From positions 186,001 to 250,000 of IMG/VR virus record IMGVR_UViG_3300042502_001233: a DNA stretch of 64,000 nt; one strand, 5' to 3'. The notes beneath the pieces are model-generated. The model was given only the letters and a program-made list of their open reading frames with translations, did not search any database and had not been told where the DNA came from. The first letter of the stretch is position 1; every line of letters begins with the position of its first letter. Positions 56,823 through 64,000 of this stretch are shown here, piece by piece. A program made the position numbers and the translations under genes.

Positions 56823-56978
56823 TTATCTAATAAAAATATCTACATCGTAAATTTCTAATAACGCTTCAGTTTTTAAATTTTTAATTTTAGCAAATAATTC
56901 AGCGGCCTCAATCAAAGTTTTGGCTGAAACCGTATTAATTGTCTCACCATCTTTTGTTTTTAATGCAAATTTTTTCAT
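56823..56978 (-). CDS. 51-aa hypothetical protein
   Basis: Translated by hand as MKKFALKTKDGETINTV...; host-type promoter at 56993-57023. Confidence 0.55.
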   Translation of the reverse strand: MKKFALKTKDGETINTVSAKTLIEAAELFAKIKNLKTEALLEIYDVDIFIR

Positions 56979-57164
56979 AGGTTAATTTTTTACAAATATA
57001 CTTATAAATATTTAAAAAAGCAATAAAAATTTTAATTTATCAAACCTTTTATTTTATTTAACACTTATAGGTTTTTATATCATTCCCTTGGATTATGACC
57101 CTAGAGCGTTTACAACTTTTGGTAGGGTGGTTAAATAACTTACTTTAAAATTATTACTCATATG

Positions 57165-57695
57165 TTAACATTTTCTATCAGCAGCCGTTGAAGCAGCCCA
57201 TGCTTCAGGTTTTATTTTGAAATCGTAACCCATACCTAAAATGTAACCAACAGCAGATTGTAACGCTTTATTAGAATCGTGTCTTGGGTCTGGGTTGATA
57301 TCCGCGTGAATCTCCAATGGAATTTCATATACATCTAACAACTCAGCGATTTTAGTGGCAACCTCGATAGATTTACCTACCTCGAATACCATTCTCTCGT
57401 TAACCAATTCCTTGTCTCTTTTTCTACCGTCAGAATCTTTTTTCATGAAATCATGGTTGTAAGTAGCTGATACTATCATACCACCACGACCCCAAATAAC
57501 GCCACCACCCAAATCTTCAGTTGCGGTAATAAGAATTACCGTAGCAAACTTATAAAGCGTGCCTTTGATTTTTTGTGAGTCAGTACCAATAGATACTTTA
57601 AGTGTACGGTTTTTTTCCATTTGTTCATCGAACAAATTTTGTAAATAATCCACTAAATCTTCTTCAATTACCTTGTTGTTTCTAATCCATTTCAT
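57165..57695 (-). CDS. RNase H-like YkuK/DUF458 family protein
   Basis: VSIGTDSQ...EVGKSIEVA...EIHADIN...KPEAWAASTAAD. Confidence 0.8.
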   Translation of the reverse strand: MKWIRNNKVIEEDLVDYLQNLFDEQMEKNRTLKVSIGTDSQKIKGTLYKFATVILITATEDLGGGVIWGRGGMIVSATYNHDFMKKDSDGRKRDKELVNERMVFEVGKSIEVATKIAELLDVYEIPLEIHADINPDPRHDSNKALQSAVGYILGMGYDFKIKPEAWAASTAADRKC

Positions 57696-57724
57696 AACAT
57701 TTGTTTTTTTGTGTTATATGTAAT

Positions 57725-57751
57725 AAAAAAGGCTCCCACAACAGGAGCCTT
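57725..57751 (-). terminator. Terminator-like hairpin
   Basis: AAGGCTCC-CACAACA-GGAGCCTT with an adjacent A run. Confidence 0.75.
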
Positions 57752-57757
57752 ATATTT

Positions 57758-59167
57758 TTAATTAAAATTGGTTGTTGGTAACAACTCCTTTAATTTGTTA
57801 TACTTTGTTTCTCCTATATCTTCTACATTAACGACAATTCTAAATAACGACCCACCATTACTTTTATCAAGCATGGTTATTTCTTCTGGAATCTCAATAT
57901 CTTTGTTGCCTTTGATGTTTAAAAACTCTAAATTTTTTAAATAACCTATTTCTTTAGGTAACACTTTAAGTTGGTTGTTGGTCAATGCCAACATATTCAA
58001 CGTAGCTAAATTACCTATAGACGGATGTATTTCACCCAATTTTGCGTTGGTGATTATAAGTTGGTCTAGTTTTTTAAACTTAGAAATATTAGGTAACTTT
58101 CTAATCTCTTTGTTCATAAACCTAATCGTAGGCAACTTATCATCCAACAACTCAAATAAACTCTCTGCAAAACCAAATTGCATCAAGTAATCTAAGTATT
58201 TGTTCGAATCAATACCACCTTTATATCCCTTGGCCATTTCCAACAACTCGTCATGGAAATAGTTAGTGATACCTTCACTCTCACTAATCACATTTTCAAA
58301 AATGCTAACGTTCTGTCCATTTTGTCTGTCTTTTAACTGATTGGTTTCAAAATGAATCTGAAATAACTCCTTGGTTTTACCCTCAAAAAACTGATTAGGA
58401 ATTATGATATAAATATCTGATTTCTTCCCGTTAGGTTTTCTATGTCCGTTAGTATATGATTTAAACATACCATTTCCTTCTCTGGCGGTACACCAGTTTG
58501 CGAAATTCGCAAACACTACACTAGCTTCAGTTGTTTTAGGGATATACAGCGTAAACTTTCTATCTCTAACTGGAATAACAGCTTGACCAGCGTCAACAAA
58601 TTTTTGTAACGTTCGCTCAATCGCTGAACTATCTTTTTCAATAAACGGGTCAACAGCGTCAAACAACTGAGACAAAGATTTATATTGATTAATATTTGTT
58701 GGGTCTGTTATTCCTTTAAGGCTATAACTGGCCAAACATAAATCTTTGAATTTTCGTTTTCTTTTGTTATCCTCAAACAAAGTCAAATATTTGTTGGCTT
58801 GTGGTAAATCTTCACTTACAAAACGAACCGCCATATCTCTTGAATTAGGTTTATCGCTCTTTAACAAACGAGAAAATAAATTCAACATCCATTGCAAATA
58901 GATTTTATTTTCAGTTGGGTCAGCAGCTATCATTTCACTAAATACTTTAGAACAAACACTAATTTTTTTAAGAGTTCTTTCTTTTTCGTTACCTTTGCTA
59001 GAAACAATTGCTAATAATCCATAACCGTTTGATACAATGTCAGCATCATAACCTTCAGAGTTAATCGCTGCAAGTTTTGCATCTACTAATACTTCTTCAG
59101 TAGATTCGAACACATCGAATAGTTCCGCTAAAAATACAATTCTATCTGTAATACTGTTTTTTTTCAT
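57758..59167 (-). CDS. Leucine-rich-repeat protein with an N-terminal DPT...YLQW / NWCT domain
   Basis: LxxLxLxxNxLxxLPxxIxxLxxL repeats at the C terminus; host-type promoter at 59184-59214. Confidence 0.8.
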   Translation of the reverse strand: MKKNSITDRIVFLAELFDVFESTEEVLVDAKLAAINSEGYDADIVSNGYGLLAIVSSKGNEKERTLKKISVCSKVFSEMIAADPTENKIYLQWMLNLFSRLLKSDKPNSRDMAVRFVSEDLPQANKYLTLFEDNKRKRKFKDLCLASYSLKGITDPTNINQYKSLSQLFDAVDPFIEKDSSAIERTLQKFVDAGQAVIPVRDRKFTLYIPKTTEASVVFANFANWCTAREGNGMFKSYTNGHRKPNGKKSDIYIIIPNQFFEGKTKELFQIHFETNQLKDRQNGQNVSIFENVISESEGITNYFHDELLEMAKGYKGGIDSNKYLDYLMQFGFAESLFELLDDKLPTIRFMNKEIRKLPNISKFKKLDQLIITNAKLGEIHPSIGNLATLNMLALTNNQLKVLPKEIGYLKNLEFLNIKGNKDIEIPEEITMLDKSNGGSLFRIVVNVEDIGETKYNKLKELLPTTNFN

Positions 59168-59220
59168 AAACTTGTTTTATGGACAAAGATACAAAAATAA
59201 AATGAATAAGGCAATAGGTT

Positions 59221-59559
59221 TTATAAGAATCTTTTAAAAAAATCTTCTTCTAAGTACTCTTCAAGTCTTTTTTTTAAAAACCAAACAACCCCATCTAAAT
59301 TGTCTGACTCTCTGTTAGCTATATCTAAAATCACTTCATTTGGATTCTCACCATCTGTAATCCTATATTTAATTTCTTGTAAAACGTTTTTCCCACCTTG
59401 CTTGACTAAATTTTCTACTATTAAATTATATGTATCCCATCTCATTTCTTCATCCTCATTTAACGTATCTAACATGCAATTTATGTGTTTGTAATACGCT
59501 TTATCTAAGGTTGTTTTTCTTGTTTTATTATCTTTTAAAAGAAATTTTTTAACATCCAT
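59221..59559 (-). CDS. Hypothetical protein (paralog-like to 59685..60005)
   Basis: EIKYRITDGENPNEVILDI. Confidence 0.65.
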   Translation of the reverse strand: MDVKKFLLKDNKTRKTTLDKAYYKHINCMLDTLNEDEEMRWDTYNLIVENLVKQGGKNVLQEIKYRITDGENPNEVILDIANRESDNLDGVVWFLKKRLEEYLEEDFFKRFL

Positions 59560-59684
59560 AATCAGTAAATTTTAATCAATCGTTATTTAATGATAAATAT
59601 CGCGAATCGTCAGATTGGACATTAAATTTTAACTAACAAGTGTTTGATTTACTGGTAATCAGATATATAACGATAAAAAAATAT

Positions 59685-60005
59685 TTACAAATTTTTTATC
59701 TTTTCATAAAGTCTTTGAAGCTCAGGTGATTTATCTTTGATGTCAGATATGACTTCAATACAGACATCGTTAGGGTTAGAATTATCGGTTAGTTTATATT
59801 GTAATTCTTTAACCTTAAGCATGTTTTTTAAGCTGTTTTTAAGTTCTAAAATGACTTGGTTATAAGTTACCCAAGCTTGTCTTATTTTAGTCGTTCCTGA
59901 AACCAAATTTTCAATCAATACGTCTTCATACTTATGTTCTAAGTACGAATCAAAGTTCCCATAGTTTTCTCTTAGAACTTTACGTATTTTTTTCTTCAGG
60001 TCCAT
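59685..60005 (-). CDS. Hypothetical protein with the N-terminal tag
   Basis: MDLKKKIRKVLRE; ELQYKLTDNSNPNDVCIEV. Confidence 0.65.
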   Translation of the reverse strand: MDLKKKIRKVLRENYGNFDSYLEHKYEDVLIENLVSGTTKIRQAWVTYNQVILELKNSLKNMLKVKELQYKLTDNSNPNDVCIEVISDIKDKSPELQRLYEKIKNL

Positions 60006-60012
60006 ACAGCAT

Positions 60013-60351
60013 TTATTTAAGCGGTACGTTTTTAGATAACATAAAGTTGTCGGTTATTGTCCCATCAACCCAATCTCTGATTACTTGTTGAGTGAATTCT
60101 TCACCCATATTGTATTTGTTTTTCATATACTCATACAATGCTCTTGGAGATATAAGCTCTTCATCTAAATTTAGTTTAAACATTGGCATAGCATCGTATT
60201 CACCACCTTCGCGAACATAGTTTTCAGTTGGCGTGTAGTTTGCGTCCAAATCTTCTTTCATCCTTCTAACCATACTAGTGAACGCGGTTTCCACCAAACG
60301 TTGCTGTAGTCTGTTGTATTGTGCTTCTGTTATAATTAATTTTGTACTCAT
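60013..60351 (-). CDS. Hypothetical protein with an IITEAQY...LVE N terminus
   Basis: 112-aa ORF directly after an ATATTTAT motif. Confidence 0.65.
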   Translation of the reverse strand: MSTKLIITEAQYNRLQQRLVETAFTSMVRRMKEDLDANYTPTENYVREGGEYDAMPMFKLNLDEELISPRALYEYMKNKYNMGEEFTQQVIRDWVDGTITDNFMLSKNVPLK

Positions 60352-60372
60352 AACTATAAATATCTAACTAAT

Positions 60373-60400
60373 AAAAAAAGGCCCACAATGTGGACCTTTT
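60373..60400 (-). terminator. Terminator after thioredoxin
   Basis: AAAAGGCCCACAATGTGGACCTTTT imperfect hairpin. Confidence 0.65.
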
Positions 60401-60424
60401 CTTTCTAAAAACCTAAAATAATAC

Positions 60425-60745
60425 TTAATTTAACAAAGCATTAATTGCTGTTTCATAATTTCCTTTAGGTTCCACACCCACTTTTCTTTCCACTACTTCT
60501 CCGTTTTTGAAAATAAGAACCGTTGGAATACCTCTAACAGCATATTTTACCGCCAATTCCTGATTTTCTTCAACGTTAACTTTTGCTATCGTAACATCTT
60601 TACCTTCATATTCTTTAGCTAATGTATCTATTACTGGTACCAACATTCTACACGGACCACACCATGGTGCCCAGAAATCTAATACTGTTACTGATTTTTC
60701 CTTTAAAACATCTTCGATGTTTGTGCCATTTACTTCTAATGCCAT
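60425..60745 (-). CDS. trxA: Thioredoxin
   Basis: DFWAPWCGPCR, KVNVE and RGIPT. Confidence 0.95.
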   Translation of the reverse strand: MALEVNGTNIEDVLKEKSVTVLDFWAPWCGPCRMLVPVIDTLAKEYEGKDVTIAKVNVEENQELAVKYAVRGIPTVLIFKNGEVVERKVGVEPKGNYETAINALLN

Positions 60746-60805
60746 TTACTTAATTTTTTTTTATTGTTATAATTATAAATATACTAAACATAACCCAAAA
60801 TATCA

Positions 60806-61057
60806 ATGTCTGATACCAGAATTATTTATAGATTTTTAACCAACGAGTTTCCAAACGACCATCCAATTGTTTATCTCTATGTATGTGGTCAAGAACGAAG
60901 CCAAACAGCTGCCACTAACAAAGGTTTAGCACTATTGAAAGATATTTTCTGCCCACCTTATACCGTTGTTTACCTAAAAGAACTTCTAATTGAATATCTA
61001 GATATTAAAAAAGAAGAATATAAAAAAGGTATTATACAAGTTAAACCATTGTACTAA
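60806..61057 (+). CDS. Hypothetical protein
   Basis: 83-aa ORF. Confidence 0.55.
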   Translation: MSDTRIIYRFLTNEFPNDHPIVYLYVCGQERSQTAATNKGLALLKDIFCPPYTVVYLKELLIEYLDIKKEEYKKGIIQVKPLY

Positions 61058-61359
61058 TTGAACGCCATAGGAAAATACTCTAACATCTGCTTAACATACA
61101 ACTCAAAATCCATAATTCTATCCGAACCAAAAAATTCATTTATGTACCTAAAACCAGTGTTGTCATCCAACCCATATATCAAATCTAAAATATCTAACAG
61201 TTTCAACAAATCACCATTCTCACGACTACTTAAATCACCACTGGTCATAGATAAATGAAATGTTCTACAATAGTTCGTATATGTTGAGAAATTACTTTTT
61301 TTAAATAACTTAATCGATTCTTCACATATGGTCAAATAAATATAATTATCCAATCTCAC
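61054..61359 (-). CDS. Hypothetical protein
   Basis: 101-aa ORF with a host-type promoter at 61376-61406. Confidence 0.55.
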   Translation of the reverse strand: MRLDNYIYLTICEESIKLFKKSNFSTYTNYCRTFHLSMTSGDLSSRENGDLLKLLDILDLIYGLDDNTGFRYINEFFGSDRIMDFELYVKQMLEYFPMAFN

Positions 61360-61425
61360 TTCAATTTATTTTTTGCAAAGATACGAATAATTATCCAATC
61401 TACAAATATTTATAGTAAAAAAAAT

Positions 61426-61671
61426 ATGTTAACACAAAAAGATAAAGACATGGCGCTAAACTTTCTCAAAACAAATTATCCAGTTATGAGAATGAAAGAT
61501 AGAGATAGATTTAAACGCGCAATCGTTACTGATGGTGGTTTTATATTCTATCTTAACGATAAAAACGTCTACAAAAAAATTAAAGTACATCTTAACTATT
61601 CATTAAAAATTGTTTTCGATATGGAATATCAAACCGCTGAAAATCTTTTGGATGAATATTTTGGGTTGTAA
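61426..61671 (+). CDS. Hypothetical protein
   Basis: 81-aa ORF after ATATTTAT at 61406. Confidence 0.6.
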   Translation: MLTQKDKDMALNFLKTNYPVMRMKDRDRFKRAIVTDGGFIFYLNDKNVYKKIKVHLNYSLKIVFDMEYQTAENLLDEYFGL

Positions 61672-61709
61672 CCACTTGACTGTTTGAGTTTAATTTAGTA
61701 TATTTATAC

Positions 61710-62162
61710 ATGGCAAATTTAAACTTTAAAACAGACCTAATTTTAGGTAACGAAGGCGAACAAAGTCTTGTTGAATACCTGACTACCAAAGGATTATCTT
61801 TTGTTGATTCCAACGATGATAATCGTTACGACATTAAAATGTTAAAAAATAATAAAGAAGTAACCTACGAAGTTAAAACTGACGTAAAATGTGCACCACT
61901 ATTCGACACTGGAAACATATTTGTTGAATTCGAATCAAGAGGTAAAGCATCAGGTATAAGCGTTACACAAGCCGAATGGTTTGTAACTTATTTCCTGTAC
62001 TTGGATGAACTATGGTTCATCAAATCAGACATACTTAAAAATCTTATCGAAACCAACGATTTCCCAAAGTTTTATAACGCTGGAGATATTGGAAGCGAAA
62101 CACACGGTTACCTAATAAAAAGAAAAGATTACAAACAATACTTTCATGTGTGCAAAATCTAA
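61710..62162 (+). CDS. PD-(D/E)xK restriction-fold nuclease-like protein
   Basis: YDIKM...YEVKTD...TGNIFVEFESRGK.SGISVT.AEW. Confidence 0.65.
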   Translation: MANLNFKTDLILGNEGEQSLVEYLTTKGLSFVDSNDDNRYDIKMLKNNKEVTYEVKTDVKCAPLFDTGNIFVEFESRGKASGISVTQAEWFVTYFLYLDELWFIKSDILKNLIETNDFPKFYNAGDIGSETHGYLIKRKDYKQYFHVCKI

Positions 62163-62781
62163 ACCAAAATTACTAGTAGAACTAGTTCCGACAACTTGCC
62201 ACTATAGCAACGTAAGAAGTACCCTAACAACCGAACAATGGGACAAGATTAGAAAATTATCATACGAGGCCGCTGGTAATGTGTGTGAAATATGTGGTGA
62301 CACTGGTAAGAAACAAGGATACAGACACAACGTAGAATGTCACGAAATATGGGAATACGATGACGAAAATCATATTCAAAAACTTGCTGGTCTTATTAGC
62401 TTATGTCCAACATGTCATAGTGTGAAACACATCGGCCGAGCAATAGCCATCGGAAAAGAAAAAATTTGTTTTGCACAATTGGCAAAAGTTAACAAATGGA
62501 CCCCAGAACAAATCCAAGAACACATCGTAGAGTCATTTAAACTACATAAGACGCGCTCAAAATATAAATGGGGGTTAGACCTTAGTTTGCTATCAGAAGA
62601 GCCCTATAACATCAAATTAAAAGAAACTGGGGAAAGAATCTTCGAAGTTAAAAAATACAAAAAAGTAAAAAAGAAAAAGGACCCAAACGCACCAAAGAAA
62701 ATACACCCAAAAGCCAAAATAGCTGCGATTCTTAAACCCAAGAAACCCACCAACAAAAGACCACCAAAAAAAACGGACTAA
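62146..62781 (+). CDS. HNH endonuclease-like protein with a basic tail
   Basis: WDKIRK...CEICG...CHEIW...LCPTCHSVKH. Confidence 0.75.
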   Translation: MCAKSKPKLLVELVPTTCHYSNVRSTLTTEQWDKIRKLSYEAAGNVCEICGDTGKKQGYRHNVECHEIWEYDDENHIQKLAGLISLCPTCHSVKHIGRAIAIGKEKICFAQLAKVNKWTPEQIQEHIVESFKLHKTRSKYKWGLDLSLLSEEPYNIKLKETGERIFEVKKYKKVKKKKDPNAPKKIHPKAKIAAILKPKKPTNKRPPKKTD

Positions 62782-63077
62782 TTATTAGTCCCTTTTCTTA
62801 ATTTTTCAATAAGCTCTTTCATCTTGACATCATCAGCTAACATACCTTTGAATTTTTCAGTACGGTCACCAGTTTCAGAATCCCACGCAACATTGCAGTT
62901 AGGACATTGATAATGAACCTTTTGACCAAAACTCCATGAATCACCATCGGAACTTTCAAGTCGTACTAGTTTACTAGTTGGGTTGTTATCTCTATTTAAA
63001 CCACCATCCCAATCATGGTCACACTCAGGACACTTGCCACAAAAATTTGTTTTGTCAATCAAATAATTTTCTTTCAT
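62778..63077 (-). CDS. Zinc-ribbon protein
   Basis: CPEC...CPNC; ATG at 63077 follows TTG-N19-TATATTTG. Confidence 0.6.
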   Translation of the reverse strand: MKENYLIDKTNFCGKCPECDHDWDGGLNRDNNPTSKLVRLESSDGDSWSFGQKVHYQCPNCNVAWDSETGDRTEKFKGMLADDVKMKELIEKLRKGTNN

Positions 63078-63143
63078 ATATTGCTTTTTGTCAAATATAC
63101 AAATTTTAATCAAAAAAGCAAATATTTATAATAAAAATTAAGA

Positions 63144-64000
63144 ATGAAATTATTTTTGCGCAAAAATATCATTATAGAAAATTATTCAAAACCAGCTACA
63201 ACTCAATTGGATGAAATCGATGAAATAGCCAAAGCTCTTCCAGCAACTATCAACAGCGAAATCAAAATACCACAAGATGTAATCAACAGTTTTGAAATTA
63301 AATCTACACTAAACTCTGAATTCTGGACCGATGAAAAATTAAACCCAGACATCAGAGAAACCCTATTGACAATAGCGACAGACTTCTTTGAAGGTCTTGA
63401 GTTACCATCAAACGTAAAAATCAAAGACATAGTCTTTACTGGCAGCCTAGCCAACTACAATTGGTCAAAATTCTCTGACGTGGATTTACACATAGTACTA
63501 GATTTCGGACAAATAGAAGGTAATGATGAATTAATACAAAAATTCTTCGACGCTCAAAAAAACCTATGGAATCTTAAACACAATATCATAATCCATAAAT
63601 TCCCAGTGGAGATATACGCACAAGACTCTAAAAGCAAATTACACGCTACAGCAGTCTATAGTATTAAAAATGACAAGTGGATATTAAAACCATCAAAAGA
63701 AGAGCTTAGAATCAATAAAAACGTTATTAGAAACAAAGCGCTAAAGTTTGTTGCAAAGCTAAAAGAAATCAGAAAAGATTACAACAATCAAGATTATGCA
63801 GCAGCTATCGAAAAAGCAGAAGCTCTAGGTAAAAAAATTAAAAACTATAGAACCAGTGGTCTAGAAGGTGGTGGAGAATACTCAATGGAAAACCTAGTGT
63901 TTAAAGTATTGAGAAGAAGTCCGTTTATGGAAATACTTAACGACTATAAAGCCAAAGCATATGACGCTGAACAATCACTAGAAGAAGATATGATGCTATA
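63144..64000 (+). CDS. Pol-beta superfamily nucleotidyltransferase (runs to the window end)
   Basis: Translated by hand and open from 63144: FTGSLANYNWSKFSDVDLHI (GS...DxD) and PVEIYAQD. Confidence 0.8.
   Translation, partial: MKLFLRKNIIIENYSKPATTQLDEIDEIAKALPATINSEIKIPQDVINSFEIKSTLNSEFWTDEKLNPDIRETLLTIATDFFEGLELPSNVKIKDIVFTGSLANYNWSKFSDVDLHIVLDFGQIEGNDELIQKFFDAQKNLWNLKHNIIIHKFPVEIYAQDSKSKLHATAVYSIKNDKWILKPSKEELRINKNVIRNKALKFVAKLKEIRKDYNNQDYAAAIEKAEALGKKIKNYRTSGLEGGGEYSMENLVFKVLRRSPFMEILNDYKAKAYDAEQSLEEDMML

Noticed and set aside
57098-57128. ACCCTA...TAGGGT stem and a 22-codon mini-ORF in the 57000-57165 gap
   Set aside because: Only a 6-bp stem and a very short ORF with no supporting context; compatible with chance.
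1-64000. Many short ORFs in the track that overlap long genes in antisense or alternate frames (e.g. 533..763, 26753..26980, 32376..32787, 41471..42259, 44785..45216)
   Set aside because: They are shadows of well-supported genes, often of low-complexity repeats, with no motifs or initiation context.
1-64000. tRNA, rRNA, tmRNA or CRISPR arrays
   Set aside because: No cloverleaf with T-loop and CCA context and no repeat-spacer periodicity was found by eye. The GTTCGA hits fall inside coding regions.

Overview
This is a 64 kb AT-rich segment of a large (jumbo/huge) T4-like tailed phage genome that uses the standard genetic code. Recurrent TTG-N19/20-TAnnTTTG promoters and A-rich leaders without Shine-Dalgarno sequences point to a Bacteroidota host. 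Layout: (1) 1-16 kb is a glycan island with GT2/GT4 glycosyltransferases, GT10, GT11 and NodZ-like fucosyltransferases, gmd, a DegT aminotransferase, acetyl- and methyltransferases, phoH and a free-standing GIY-YIG endonuclease. (2) 16-23 kb holds a gp55-like sigma factor, a gp5-like spike and putative virion or head-cargo proteins. (3) 25-43.5 kb on the minus strand is the head/packaging module: major capsid protein, scaffold, prohead protease, portal, an intein-containing large terminase and large acidic head-associated proteins. (4) 44-46.4 kb is a thymidylate synthase that is both split into two ORFs and interrupted by a group I intron encoding a GIY-YIG endonuclease. (5) 48-53.6 kb is a fractured clpC gene with an atypically split intein (31-aa IntN) and three genes nested between the halves. 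(6) 53.6-64 kb is accessory: an ABC-ATPase/GNAT pair joined by a -1 frameshift, an RNase H-like protein, an LRR protein, thioredoxin, an HNH nuclease and a nucleotidyltransferase. The best candidates for novelty are the trans-spliced ClpC, the split ThyA, two homopolymer -1 recoding sites, and a shared N-terminal MKxxIKxLLRE tag on otherwise unrelated putative effector proteins that resembles a capsid-targeting signal. No tRNA, rRNA or CRISPR array was seen. All family assignments come from motif recognition by eye, not from database searches.
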